From contig CAWJPY010000020.1 of assembly GCA_963844865.1 (NCBI GenBank), positions 48,298 to 112,297 on the forward strand: 64,000 nt of DNA, in the 5' to 3' direction. Each line of letters begins with the position of its first letter. Position 1 is the first letter of the stretch. This document shows, piece after piece, positions 36,887 to 48,589 of the stretch. The notes beneath the pieces were generated by a model, which saw only the letters and a program-made list of their open reading frames with translations, was not told where the DNA came from and did not search any database. Origin of the DNA: an uncultured Holophagae bacterium (GTDB lineage: Bacteria; Acidobacteriota; Thermoanaerobaculia; Thermoanaerobaculales; Sulfomarinibacteraceae). Both the position numbers and the translations under genes were made by a program.

Positions 36887-38800
36887 ATGGGAGCCATGAC
36901 TGAGGGCGGTTTGCAGGCACCTGCTCGCGGGGATCCGGGCGGCGGGGAGGAGGCGCCGGCGGCGGCCTCCCAGCCGATGACCACCACCACGGATCCAGGC
37001 TCCGGCGCCCCCGGTTCCGAGGAGAGCTCGGAGACCATCGCTCGCGCCCGCGCCTTCATCCTCCTCCGTTTCACGCTGATCATCGCCACGGCGAGCATGC
37101 TCCTGGCCGAGGTGGGGCCGAGCGGCTTCTTGTGGGTCCCTTTGGCGCTGTTTTCCGCCGCACTGCTCTCCAACGTCGTCGCCGTGTTCTTGCCGCCCAC
37201 CTTCACCGAGCTGCCTCTCTTCACCACGGCCGTGGTCATCGGTGACACCGTCTGGATCACCATCGCCCTGTTGGCCACCGGGAAGTTCACCGCGGATTTC
37301 TTCTATCTGTACTTCTTCGTGCTATTCCTGGCGGCCATGGGGGAGAACCTGCGCCTCATCGTGCTCGGTGCGGTGGTCGTGTGCTCCGCCTACGTGGTCA
37401 CCGTCCTGGCCACCGGCTCCGCGTTTCGGGTGCTGGAGACGCAGTTCCTGATCCGGCTGCCCTTCCTGTTCGCAGTGGCGATCTTCTACGGCTACCTGGT
37501 GGACCGACTTCGTCGCGAAAAGCAGCGGGCGCACGGCGAACGCCTCGTCATCGAGGGCCTGCGCTCCAGCCGCAACTCCCTCGAGGAGGCGAACAGGGCG
37601 CTGCAGTCCGAGATCCGGGAACGGGAGGCAGCCCAGGAGGAGCTGAGGAGGGCCAACGAGCGGCTGCAGGAGCTTTCCGACGTCAAGTCCCGATTCTTCA
37701 CGACCGTGTCCCACGAGGTGAAGACGCCGCTGACCGCCATCAAGAATGCTCTGAGCCTGATCCGGTCACAGCGCGATCCAGGAGCCGAGCGCCAGCTCCT
37801 GGACATGCTCCAGCGCAACGCCGACCGCCTGAACCTCATCATCTCCGACATGCTCGACATGTCCCGCGTCGAGTCGGGGGTGCTTCGGATCCGGGCCGAG
37901 TCGGTGCGCCTTTCTGACCTGGTGCCGCCCATCCTGCAGTCTTTGAGGGACAAGGCGGACGACGCGGACGTCGAGCTCGCGCTCGACGTCCCCGCCTCCC
38001 TGCCCGCTGTGTGGGCCGACCGCCGCCGTGTGCAGCAGGTGGTGACCGACCTGCTCGCCAACGCCATTCGGGCGACGGCTCGCGACGGCAAGGTGACGAT
38101 CAGCGCCCGCCATGTGGGCGGCCGGATCGAGGTCAGCGTGGAGGACACGGGAATCGGCCTCACCCTGGAGGAGCAGCGGCGGGTCTTCGAGCCCTTCTAT
38201 CAGGTGGGCAACAGCCTGGTCGGGCGATCCCCGGGGGCCGGGCTGGGGCTGACCATCTCCAGGGATCTGTGCCGGGGCCACGGCTGCGAGCTGAAGGTGG
38301 AGTCCGCTCCCGGAGTCGGGAGCCGCTTCCACTTCGTGCTCCCCGTGGACTCGCCCCAGGCGACCGAGATCGTGGAGTTCGAGGACGCCATGCGTTCGAC
38401 CTATCGCAGATATCCGTACTTCTCGTTGCTGGTGGTGACCCAGCCCCTGGCCGGCGGCGAGGAGGCGGAGAGGGAGCGCTGGGGGCCCGTGCTGGGCCAG
38501 CTCCGTGACCGGCTCAAGAACGTGTTGCCCCGGGCCCACGACCGCTTCGTGCTGCAACCGGCCCATGGACGGCTGGTCGTCGTGCTCCTGGCAACGCCCC
38601 GCGACGGCGGTCAGGTGGTGCGCAAGCGGGTGGAGGAGGCTCTCACCGCCGACCCGGCGGTTGCGGACGGACAGCCGCTGCCCCCGCCGCGGGTGGCGGG
38701 TCCGTCCTGCTACCCTGACGACGGCCTGTTCGGTGCCCGGCTGATCGAGGTCGCGCTGGCGGCCGCCGAGGGCAGACTACCGGTGGAGGAGGTTTCATGA
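36887..38800 (+). CDS. membrane sensor histidine kinase with an extra C-terminal domain
   Basis: About 6 TM helices and a coiled coil. H-box FFTTVSHEVKTPLTAI and G-box GAGLGLTISRDL. A ~150-aa tail (..DRFVLQPAHGRLVVVLLATP..) is loosely GGDEF-like but lacks GGDEF. Confidence 0.8.
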   Translation: MGAMTEGGLQAPARGDPGGGEEAPAAASQPMTTTTDPGSGAPGSEESSETIARARAFILLRFTLIIATASMLLAEVGPSGFLWVPLALFSAALLSNVVAVFLPPTFTELPLFTTAVVIGDTVWITIALLATGKFTADFFYLYFFVLFLAAMGENLRLIVLGAVVVCSAYVVTVLATGSAFRVLETQFLIRLPFLFAVAIFYGYLVDRLRREKQRAHGERLVIEGLRSSRNSLEEANRALQSEIREREAAQEELRRANERLQELSDVKSRFFTTVSHEVKTPLTAIKNALSLIRSQRDPGAERQLLDMLQRNADRLNLIISDMLDMSRVESGVLRIRAESVRLSDLVPPILQSLRDKADDADVELALDVPASLPAVWADRRRVQQVVTDLLANAIRATARDGKVTISARHVGGRIEVSVEDTGIGLTLEEQRRVFEPFYQVGNSLVGRSPGAGLGLTISRDLCRGHGCELKVESAPGVGSRFHFVLPVDSPQATEIVEFEDAMRSTYRRYPYFSLLVVTQPLAGGEEAERERWGPVLGQLRDRLKNVLPRAHDRFVLQPAHGRLVVVLLATPRDGGQVVRKRVEEALTADPAVADGQPLPPPRVAGPSCYPDDGLFGARLIEVALAAAEGRLPVEEVS

Positions 38801-39198
38801 GCAAGGGCAGAATCCTGGTCGTCGACGACGAGCCAGACATCCTTCAGACCGTTCAGCGGATCCTGGAGCTGGAAGGCTACGAAGTGGTCACCGCCGTCAA
38901 CGGTCTCGAGGGCCTGGGCGCGGCGCGAATGCACAAGCCTGACCTGGTGCTCCTGGATGTGATGCTGCCGGGGGAGAACGGCTATCGGGTGGCCCGTGCC
39001 ATCCGGGAGGACGAGGAGCGCGGCGTCTACGAGCGCCCCATCCCCATCGTGCTGGTCACGGCCCGCGACCTCAGCGCCGACCCCGAACGAGAGAAGATGT
39101 TCATGGACTTCAGCAAGGCCGACCACGTCCTGTACAAGCCCTTCGAGTTCGACCATCTGCTCCGCCTCGTCGATCGCCTCATCGTCTCTGCCGGCTGA
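38797..39198 (+). CDS. CheY-like single-domain response regulator
   Basis: ILVVDDEPDIL..DLVLLDVMLPGENG..YKPF. The ATGA overlaps the kinase stop. Confidence 0.85.
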   Translation: MSKGRILVVDDEPDILQTVQRILELEGYEVVTAVNGLEGLGAARMHKPDLVLLDVMLPGENGYRVARAIREDEERGVYERPIPIVLVTARDLSADPEREKMFMDFSKADHVLYKPFEFDHLLRLVDRLIVSAG

Positions 39199-39216
39199 GC
39201 ATTCGCCACAACAAAG

Positions 39217-39239
39217 GCGGATGCGCGTCGCGCATCCGC
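39217..39239. terminator. GC-rich palindrome between convergent genes (possible bidirectional terminator)
   Basis: GCGGATGCGCG t CGCGCATCCGC. There is no clear U tract. Confidence 0.4.
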
Positions 39240-39314
39240 ATGATGAGGGGAACGGGGGGTCGATCTTCGGTGCGGCCGGGGGCCCGTCTCGAGATGGGCT
39301 CCCTCGGCCGGCGC

Positions 39315-39719
39315 TCAGAGGCTGTGGACCGTGCCGCCGCGGGCGTCGAGCCAGGCGTCGGCGCCGTCGGTGACGGCGACGGCGTGGTCGCCTTCGATCA
39401 CCACGGCGCCGCGCTCGACCTGATCCAGGATCCGTCGCACCTCGGCGATCTCGTACACCTGCTGCAGGCTGCTCTGACTCCCTTCCACGACCCGGACGAC
39501 CGCCTGCTCCGCCGGCGAGGGGGTCGGCGGTGTGCGGCCGGCGGCCTTGGCTGCGAGCTGCTCCCAGCCCGGTCCGACCAGGTTGATCGACAGCGACATG
39601 GTGCCCGCCGCCTGGGTGCCCGCCCACGCCGCCGGAGCCAGGATCACGACGAGGAGGACGATCGCCGTGCACCGGTGGGCGCTGGTGCGGATCGGATCGG
39701 TGGTCGCGGTTGCCTTCAT
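39315..39719 (-). CDS. small secreted hypothetical protein
   Basis: MKATATTDPIRTSAHRCTAIVLLVVILAPAAWAG is signal-peptide-like. AGGAG lies upstream of ATG 39719. Alternative upstream starts exist at 39749 and 39764. Confidence 0.5.
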   Translation of the reverse strand: MKATATTDPIRTSAHRCTAIVLLVVILAPAAWAGTQAAGTMSLSINLVGPGWEQLAAKAAGRTPPTPSPAEQAVVRVVEGSQSSLQQVYEIAEVRRILDQVERGAVVIEGDHAVAVTDGADAWLDARGGTVHSL

Positions 39720-39733
39720 CGCTCCTGTCTTGA

Positions 39734-39748
39734 GCAAGGGTGGTGCCA
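39734..39748 (-). promoter_or_regulatory. candidate sigma-54 promoter (TGGCAC-N5-TTGC)
   Basis: The minus strand reads gaTGGCACcacccTTGCtcaagacaggagcgATG. Caveat: the predicted +1 lies only ~3 nt before ATG 39719, and the motif overlaps an alternative in-frame ATG. Confidence 0.4.
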
Positions 39749-39823
39749 TCCCTCGGGATTCCAATTAAGTGTTGTGAATAATGCACTTGAAATTTCACTC
39801 TCGAAACGCTCTTGATCCTGTTA

Positions 39824-39980
39824 TGTCCGAATTCCGGACATGCCCGGACGGCGTATGGCTCCCCGATCACCGAAACAGCGTGTCGTAGCTCGTCTTTGGC
39901 GACACCGCACTCCTTTCGTGATCCTGTCCGGATTCCGGACACCTCGGGCCTGTCCGGATGGGTGGCGGGATTCCGGTACA
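39824..39980. promoter_or_regulatory. cluster of three TGTCCGGA/TCCGGACA-type inverted repeats (candidate enhancer or operator sites)
   Basis: TGTCCGAATTCCGGACA (39824-39840). TGTCCGGATTCCGGACA (39925-39941). TGTCCGGA-N10-GATTCCGGTACA (39951-39980). Confidence 0.6.
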
Positions 39981-39992
39981 ATTCGCTGGAGA

Positions 39993-41375
<1,383 letters not shown>

Positions 41376-41472
41376 GGCCCCTTCCGATCCTCCTCGCCTG
41401 AGCCGAGCCGGCGCGGTCGCGTATACTGGGCGCGACGGGGTCGAATTCGTCTTCTTTCGAGGCAAAGTCGTG

Positions 41473-43830
41473 ATGGCGTCTGTGCTCGGCGTGACGGTTG
41501 CGAAGACCAGGAAGGGCGCGACGGCGCATTCCCGGCTCGTGCCGCGCTTCACGTCGGCCGTGGGCCGTTGCGTCGCGTCCGGCGCCGCGCGGGGAGCTCC
41601 CGGGTGGGCCGCGCTCCTGTTGAGCTGTGCCGTCGCGAGCGCCCAGGTCGTCAACGGGGGCTTCGAGAGCGGCAACCTCACAGGGTGGGCGGTGGGCGGC
41701 AGAGGGCGCGCCGAGGTCCTCCGGTCGGACAATTTCTCCCCCGGCATCACCCCTCCCGAGGGGAGCTACATGGCGCTGCTGTCCACGACGCCCAGCAGCA
41801 CGTCGGGGGTCGCCGCTGGGGACCTGGACGGAAACGGCACTCAGGAGTACGACCTCACCACCCTCAGCGTGGACATCACGGTGACGGCGCCTCTGCAGAC
41901 GGTGAGCTTCTCCTGGGCGTTCCTCACCAGCGAGGAGAACGAGGCCACGGCCTTCGACGACATCTTCGACGTCACCATCGCAGACGAGCCCGTTCTGAGC
42001 GGAAGCGTGAACAAGCCGGGGGGGATCTCGCCGTATCCGGACACCCCCGCCTACGATGGGGTCGCCTACGGCGTCGACAGCGCCGGTCCGACCGACGGCA
42101 GCGTCTTTGCGAACGGCTCCACGGCCTTCCACTCGGTGTGCATCGCCATTGCCGAGCCCGGCACCTACACGTTGAGCTTCCGAGTGGCGGACCAGGCGGA
42201 CGGCCAGGTCGACAGTGGTCTCCTGATCGACGACGTGCGGGCGCCCTCGTCGTGTGAGGGCATCACCCAGGTCACCGACACCAGCGGCGCCACCCTGCAG
42301 GTCAAGGGAGGAGGCCTGGTGTTCTCGCCCCACTCCAGTCGCGCCGTGGCCGTCAGCGACAACGGCGCCGTGCTGGCCTTCGTCTCCAACGGCAACCTCA
42401 CCGGGGACAACCCCAACGCCGAGAACCAGGTGTTCGTTGCTGAGGGAAGCGTGTTCCGCCGGATCACCACCATGGTGGACGGGCAGGCGGGCCGGCCCAG
42501 CCTGACGAGCAACGGGCGCTGGCTCGCCTTCTCGGCCACCGCCGACGGCAACGAGGACGTCTACCGGGTCGATCTCCGGGACCCCGCGCTGTCCCTCCAG
42601 CAGGTGACCAGCACCACCGGTTGCTCCAACCGTGACCCGACCGTCAGCGACGACGTCCTCGGTGATCGGATCGCCTTCACCTCCGACTGCAGCGGCGACC
42701 AGCGGGTGGTCGTCTGGGACGCCAACGGCGGCTCGCCCGTGGTGCGGTCCAAGGGCGCCGCCGGATGTAGCGCCGAGCGACCCGCGATCGCACAGGACGC
42801 CGACGGGCGGCACGTCGCCTTCCTCTCCGACTGCGATCTGACCGGGAGCAACGGCGACCACAGCGTCGAGGTGTTCCGTTGGGATCTGCTCACGGACAGC
42901 ATCGACCAGCTCACCGACGGCGCGTCCGGCATCGTCAACGACGGGGTGACGGCGAGCGCGGACGGACGCTACCTGGCGTTCGTCTCCAATGCGGACCCCA
43001 CGGGGGAGAACCCGGACGGGGGCCTGGAGGCGTTTCGCCTCGACACCACCAGCGGCGCCACCGACCAGCTCACCGACGGCGGCCCTCTGTCGTTCGCCCT
43101 GGCGGCGGACATCGACGACTCGGGGCGATACATCGCGGTGGAGCGGATGGACTTCCTCAGCTTCGTGTCCCAGGTGGTGTACGTGGACGCCCAGACCGGT
43201 CACGAGACACCGGTGGCCTCCGGGGGACCGTCACTGCCGGCGATCGCGGTGCAGGCGTCCTCCCCGGTGGTGGCGTTCCAGAGTGCGGACGACTACGTGG
43301 GCGACAACGGGGACGGCAACGTGGAGATCTGGAAGGGCGGTGCGGTCTTCACGCCTCCCAAGCCGCCCCTCGAGCTCTGCAGCACGCCAGGCTTGACGAT
43401 CCCCGACAACGATCCGACCGGGGCCTCTGACACCATCACGGTGGGGCAACCGGGCAGGGTCATTGGTCTCGACGTGTCCCTGCGCGTGACCCACACCTGG
43501 GTGGGCGACCTGGTCTTCGTGCTCCGCCACGTGCCCACCGGCAAGAGCGTGACCCTGATCGACCGCCCGGGCATGCCGCCCGGGGGCGTCGGATGCTCCC
43601 GGAACGACATCGAGGCCGTGCTCGACGACGGTGGCGAGCGTCCCGTGGAGGACGAGTGTGCGACGTCCTCACCCGCGATCCGCAGTCCGCCGAGCTTCAC
43701 CCCCAACGAACCCCTGAGCACCTTCGACGGCGACAGCCTCACCGGTGACTGGGTGCTCACGATCTCGGACCACAACCGCCAGGACACCGGGCGGCTGGTC
43801 GAGTGGTGTCTCCTCTTCGAGCAGGACTGA
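41473..43830 (+). CDS. large secreted protein: N-terminal beta-sandwich-like domain, TolB/PD40-type beta-propeller repeats, C-terminal proprotein-convertase P domain
   Basis: Signal-like WAALLLSCAVASAQVVNGGFESGNLTGW. Repeats SNGRWLAFSA, DADGRHVAFLS, SADGRYLAFVS and DDSGRYIAVE. P-domain motif VSLRVTHTWVGDLVFVLRHVPTGKSVTLIDRPG. Confidence 0.7.
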   Translation: MASVLGVTVAKTRKGATAHSRLVPRFTSAVGRCVASGAARGAPGWAALLLSCAVASAQVVNGGFESGNLTGWAVGGRGRAEVLRSDNFSPGITPPEGSYMALLSTTPSSTSGVAAGDLDGNGTQEYDLTTLSVDITVTAPLQTVSFSWAFLTSEENEATAFDDIFDVTIADEPVLSGSVNKPGGISPYPDTPAYDGVAYGVDSAGPTDGSVFANGSTAFHSVCIAIAEPGTYTLSFRVADQADGQVDSGLLIDDVRAPSSCEGITQVTDTSGATLQVKGGGLVFSPHSSRAVAVSDNGAVLAFVSNGNLTGDNPNAENQVFVAEGSVFRRITTMVDGQAGRPSLTSNGRWLAFSATADGNEDVYRVDLRDPALSLQQVTSTTGCSNRDPTVSDDVLGDRIAFTSDCSGDQRVVVWDANGGSPVVRSKGAAGCSAERPAIAQDADGRHVAFLSDCDLTGSNGDHSVEVFRWDLLTDSIDQLTDGASGIVNDGVTASADGRYLAFVSNADPTGENPDGGLEAFRLDTTSGATDQLTDGGPLSFALAADIDDSGRYIAVERMDFLSFVSQVVYVDAQTGHETPVASGGPSLPAIAVQASSPVVAFQSADDYVGDNGDGNVEIWKGGAVFTPPKPPLELCSTPGLTIPDNDPTGASDTITVGQPGRVIGLDVSLRVTHTWVGDLVFVLRHVPTGKSVTLIDRPGMPPGGVGCSRNDIEAVLDDGGERPVEDECATSSPAIRSPPSFTPNEPLSTFDGDSLTGDWVLTISDHNRQDTGRLVEWCLLFEQD

Positions 43831-45581
43831 TGGAGGGGCCGGCTCTTCTCGGCACCGTGCGGAGGGGCGGCTCGGCGCTCCGGCCGGCCGGCGGGGTGGC
43901 ACTTGCGGCCGTACTCGTGCTCGTTGGCGTCGCCATCAGCGCGAGCTCGGCGGACCGTTACGGCCCCGGTACCGGGCCCGACGCCTACGGGTACACCGCC
44001 CTCGACGACAGCGATCCCCGGTGCGCCTACCAGTTCGTGGACATCTCAGGTGGCGGCACCCCGGTCTCCTTCACACCCAGCGGTGCCGAGCCTGCGGCCG
44101 ATGACGGTGGCGCGCTGGTGACCTTGGCCGACGCGTTCGAGCTCTACGGTCAGGCCGTGACCACCCTGGTGATGTCCAGCAACGGCTACCTGGCCGCCGC
44201 GGGTAGCCTCCTGGCCGAGGACGGCGGCGACTTCTCCAACGACTGCCCCCTCCCGGCCGTGCCCGGCAACGACGACGGGGTCGCCGCCCGCATCATGGCC
44301 TATCACGATGACCTGTCGGGAGCCTCCTCCGGAGGCGGCACCCAGGTCGCGTACTTCTCTGTCTGTCCCCGGCCCTCGGGAGCCATCGCCGACGAGCCGT
44401 GCACCATCTTCCAGTGGACCGACTGGGGCTTCCACGACTCGGCCGATGTCGTCGACCTGCAGGCCGTCCTCTACCACACCAGCTTCGAGGTCGTCGTCCA
44501 GGTGGCCGCGGGAGACTCGAGCCAGGGAGGTAGCGCCACCGTGGGTCTGCAAGACGCCGGCGCGCGCACCGCCCTGCTCTATGACTGCAACCAGCCGGGC
44601 GCGATCCCGGGGGGCACGGCGGTGTGCTTCTACGATCCGCGCTTCCCCGTCGGCGGGCCGGTGGCCGACCTCGCTGTGGAGGTCACCGACAAGCAGGAGT
44701 CGGCGGCCGCCGGTGATCCCCTGGTCTACACCATCGGGGTGACGAACATGGGACCGAGCCCGGTGTCCGGCGCCACCGTGGCCGACCAGCTCCCCGACGC
44801 GCTGAGCTGCACGTGGAGCTGCGAGGCTGGTGCCGGTGCCGCGTGCTCCACCACAGGCGCAGCGGGAGATCTGCTGGACACCGGCGTTGTCCTCCCGCCC
44901 ACGGGCGAGGTGGCATACACGGCCACGTGCACCATCGCTGACGACGCCTCCGGCACGCTGGTCAACACCGTGGTCGTGAGCGGCCCGAGGGACGTCATCG
45001 ACCCGGATGCCACGAACAACGCGGCGAGCGACTCCACGACACTGCTCGCCGGCGCCGAGCTGGAGGCCACCAAGACGGCCGGGGGTAGCTTCTTCCCCGG
45101 GGGCCGGGTGGTGTACACGCTGACCATCCACAACCTCGGTGCGGGAGACCAGCTCGACAACCCGGGCGACGAGGTGGTCGACGCGCTGCCCCCCGAGGTG
45201 GAGCTGGAGTCGGCGACCGTCCTCGCCGGCGGCGGTGACTTGGCGGTGGACACCACCTCCGACCTGGTGCGGTGGAACGGCGCCGTGCCCGCGCTCGGTG
45301 AGGTGGCGATCCAGATCGTGGGGACCATCGGACCCGTGGCGGTGGGCACCTCGATCAGCAACCAGGCCGTGCTCGCCTGGGACAGCACTGGCGACGGGAC
45401 CAACGACGCCGCCGGGCTGTCCGACGACCCCTCAGCTCCCGGCGCCCAGGACCCCACGACGTTCACGGTGGGGGAGGAGATCGCGGGGATCCCCACCGCG
45501 TCCGACCTGGGCCTGCTGCTGCTCGCGGTCCTCATCGCGGGCGCGGCCCTGCTCCTGCTCCGCCGCAACCTGGGGCGCTGA
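43830..45581 (+). CDS. surface protein with DUF11-type repeats and an IPTL-CTERM sorting signal
   Basis: DLAVEVTDKQESAAAGDPLVYTIGVTNMGPSPVSGATVADQLP.. and a second repeat. The C-terminus is GIPTASDLGLLLLAVLIAGAALLLLRRNLGR. The ATG overlaps the previous TGA. Confidence 0.7.
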   Translation: MEGPALLGTVRRGGSALRPAGGVALAAVLVLVGVAISASSADRYGPGTGPDAYGYTALDDSDPRCAYQFVDISGGGTPVSFTPSGAEPAADDGGALVTLADAFELYGQAVTTLVMSSNGYLAAAGSLLAEDGGDFSNDCPLPAVPGNDDGVAARIMAYHDDLSGASSGGGTQVAYFSVCPRPSGAIADEPCTIFQWTDWGFHDSADVVDLQAVLYHTSFEVVVQVAAGDSSQGGSATVGLQDAGARTALLYDCNQPGAIPGGTAVCFYDPRFPVGGPVADLAVEVTDKQESAAAGDPLVYTIGVTNMGPSPVSGATVADQLPDALSCTWSCEAGAGAACSTTGAAGDLLDTGVVLPPTGEVAYTATCTIADDASGTLVNTVVVSGPRDVIDPDATNNAASDSTTLLAGAELEATKTAGGSFFPGGRVVYTLTIHNLGAGDQLDNPGDEVVDALPPEVELESATVLAGGGDLAVDTTSDLVRWNGAVPALGEVAIQIVGTIGPVAVGTSISNQAVLAWDSTGDGTNDAAGLSDDPSAPGAQDPTTFTVGEEIAGIPTASDLGLLLLAVLIAGAALLLLRRNLGR

Positions 45582-45615
45582 CCCGCTCACGCGGGACAGC
45601 CACTTCCAGAGAACA

Positions 45616-45750
45616 GCACCTCCCTCGGGCGTGCCATAGGTGACACCTTCCCGTGGCCTCGCGGACCGGCAACGGGTCGCTCGGGGTCGGGAAAGCGTCA
45701 GCGGTGGCAACCGCGGGGAAGGCGCCGACAGAATGGCGCGTCGCGGCGAC
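45616..45750 (-). repeat. Y element copy 7 (reverse)
   Basis: Reverse complement reads gcgccattctgtcggcgccttccccgcgGTTGCCACCGCTGACGCTTTCCCGA...GGGAAGGTGTCACCTATGGCACGCCCGAGGGAGGTGC. Confidence 0.8.
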
Positions 45751-45839
45751 CTCCCGCCCTCCGGGTGGGTCAGAGACCGAGCACTTTGGGCAGGCCAGAC
45801 ACGCTGCACGCCGCCGCTGACTGCTGCCCCTGTCGCTGA

Positions 45840-48472
45840 TTACGGTTGCTGGTCACCGCCGCTGCCGCGGCCACTGTCCCGGTCGCCGGCGGGAGCGACG
45901 GCGACCGGAAGCTCGAGGTCCTGGTTGAACAGGAAGGCGTCCCGGATGTCGACGGACCGCGTGGGCAGGGGGCGGTTCAGCTCCGGCCGCCAGGAGTCTG
46001 CGACCCGTAGCTGGTAGGTGCCCGGGGGAAGGCCATCGACGCGATACAGCCCGAAGCGATCGGTGGCGGCGTCGGCAACCGTCCCGTCCGCGTCGTTGAC
46101 GATCTCCAGGGAAACGCCCGGCACGGGGCGACCGGCGGCGTCGCGGACGCGGCCCGCGATCCCGAACTCCGGTCGCACCGCGAAGTCGACGCGGGTGACC
46201 GCTGCCTCCGCCACCTCGGCCACCACCACGCCGGTGACGGGGGAGAGCTCCAGGGGCAGGTTGTCGGTGTCCAGGCTGACCGTGTAGATCCCGGCCGGGA
46301 GATAGGAGACGTAGAAGCTGCCGCCATCGCCCGTCTGGCCCGCGATGCGGCCGTTGACGAGGATGTTGAGGTGGTCCAGGGGATAGCGCTGGAGGGCCTT
46401 GGGCCCCTGGATCGCGACCCGGCCGGCGATGGCGCCCCGGCCGTAGCGCGAGGACTGGGTCCGGGCCGCGAGCACGCCGCCGCCGGCGAAGGCCAGGTCC
46501 AGGGTCACGCCGAGGGTGATCTGCTGCAAGCGGCGACCGATGATCGCTGCATCCTGGGGGTCGCTGAGGGCGTCCAGGCGGGCCATCACACCTGGGCGCA
46601 CGGGCCAACGAAGGCCGGCCTGGTAGCCGTACCGGCCGTCGGCGAACAAGGCCGCCGACCACCACCTGGGTCGGCCAGGTCCCCATGCTCAGCCAGTTGA
46701 AGGTCACCGAGTAGCGGTCGGGTTCCCGCCGCCGGTGCTGCCGCCGATGGCGAGCTGGGAGTTGTCCGAGGTGGGGAGACGGTACTCCAGGGTGGTCTGG
46801 CCGCGAACGCTGGCGGAGATGGCGTGGCGGTTGGGCAGCAAGCACGTAGCCGTCCAGGGTGTAGTCGCCATCGGCGTCGGGACGTACGAAGAGGTTGGCG
46901 CCACGGAAGGGCCGCCAGCGCAGTGCCGGCAAGAGGTACTGCACGCGCTCGCCTCCCCAGCGCGGCGCTGGCCGACCAGGAAGGCGTCGAATCGCAGGTC
47001 CACCGCATAGCCGAGCTCCAGGTAGTGATCGCCGTAGCGTGCGGTGTCGTCCTGGAGATAGCCAGCCTCAGGTAGCGGGATGGCCGAGCAGCCGCCACGG
47101 GCCGCGGTAGCTCTCGAAGGTGGCGTCGTAGGCGAGGGAACCGCCCTATCGGTGAGACCGAGCCCGAGCGAGGCGATGGCTCCCTCACCGAGCCGAGCAA
47201 CGACGCCGGCCATGCCCTGGGTGGTGTCCAGGCCCCGCTGGGCGGCGGCCTCGAAGGTGAGGTTGCGCGACACCGCCTCCCGCCATTGCACGAAGCCGGT
47301 GGCGCCGTTCGTCGCCGCGAGACGCCGTCGATGTGGTCCTGGAGGACGTTGCCCTGGGCGCCGGCGCCGGCCAGGAACATGCGTGCATGCTCGCCGAGTA
47401 GGTACTGGGATGCCGAGACCTGCTCCTCGTACACCGCCACCGGGATCTGCAGGTTCGAACGGTCGAAGACCAGGACCTCGATGCGGCTGGTCTGGCGGGT
47501 GCCCAGGGGGACGTCCAGGAACTCGTAGGTCCCGTCGAGGCCGATATTCCGGCGGGCTACCGTGATGCCGTCGATGCGCAGCTCGGCGACCCCGCCCGGG
47601 GGACCCGGCCCGCGGAAGGTGGAGATGGGCTGGAGCTGCCGCGGCAGCAGCTCGCGGGGCTCCGGGCCGGGCTGGAAGAGCTCCAGGGGCTGGTTGGTCC
47701 AGCCCACCTGGGCGCCGGTGAAATCGAGGCTGTTGAGGATCGGATGGATCTGGGTGCGCTGCTGGCCGAGGAGCACGAGGGTGTCGTCCCGGACCCCCAG
47801 CCAGGCGTACTCGCGGAAGTCTCGGATGCGATCGAAGTCGCTGGCGTAGCGCATGCGCCAGCGACCGCCGGCAACCCGGCCCCCCAGCATGTTGTCGCTG
47901 CGCCAGCTCCCGTCCCCGGGGTCCTGAAAAGTGTAGTCGGTGTCCGACCACATGTTGGAGAGGCTGGCCTCCGGAGGCCTGACGTCGGGGACCCGGTGCT
48001 CGCCTGACCGGGCAGGGGGGCTGGCCGCGTCGCCACGGGAGATCGAGGACGAGGGCGAACTCGGCCTCGTCGAAGGTGACATTCAGTGGCCAGGCGCGAC
48101 TCGACAGGAGCTGCGCCGGCAGATAGCGGACGCCATCGACCATCCACCATCTCTGCGGCGAACACCTGGACCGTGCCGAGGGGGGTCACCAGGTTGACGC
48201 CGCCGTCGAAGGGGCGGACGTCGATGCCCGCCAGGTCGGCGAAAGGATCGAGGGGAAGGAGGAACTCGTTGCCCACCCGGACGACCTCCAGAAAGCCGAT
48301 CTCGTGCCCATCGCTGATGACGCCCACGACCAGGTGCTGGGGACCTTCAGCGCCGGAGCCGCCCTGCTGGTACTGGATGATGCCGGCGGCGACGCCGCGC
48401 GGCAGCACGCTGAAGATGGACGACCAGCAGCAGGAAACCAGCCAGACGGCCGAGGCGCGTGCGCCGGATCAC
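45840..48472 (-). pseudogene. outer-membrane usher-like protein with C-terminal carboxypeptidase-regulatory-like domains, at least six frame changes
   Basis: Blocks in different frames: RRTRLGRLAGFLLLVV, LPRGVAAGIIQYQQGG..GFLEVVRVGNEFLLPL, VDGVRYLPAQLLSSRAWPLNVTFDEAEFALVLDLPW, WSDTDYTFQDPGDGSWRSDN..GVAELRIDGITVARRNIGLDGTYEF, NLTFEAAAQRGLDTTQG, YGDHYLELGYAVDLRF and GRVRDAAGRPVPGVSLEIVNDADG..GLYRVDGLPPGTYQLRV. Confidence 0.5.
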
Positions 48473-48589
48473 GGGCCCGCGGAGATCGCGAGTGACGCTC
48501 TCCTGTCGCTTGCCTCTCCGGCTGGGGCGAACCTTGCCCGGAGGCGCAGCGGGTTCCGGGCCGGCCTGGCTCACCGGCCGTGGCCGCTC

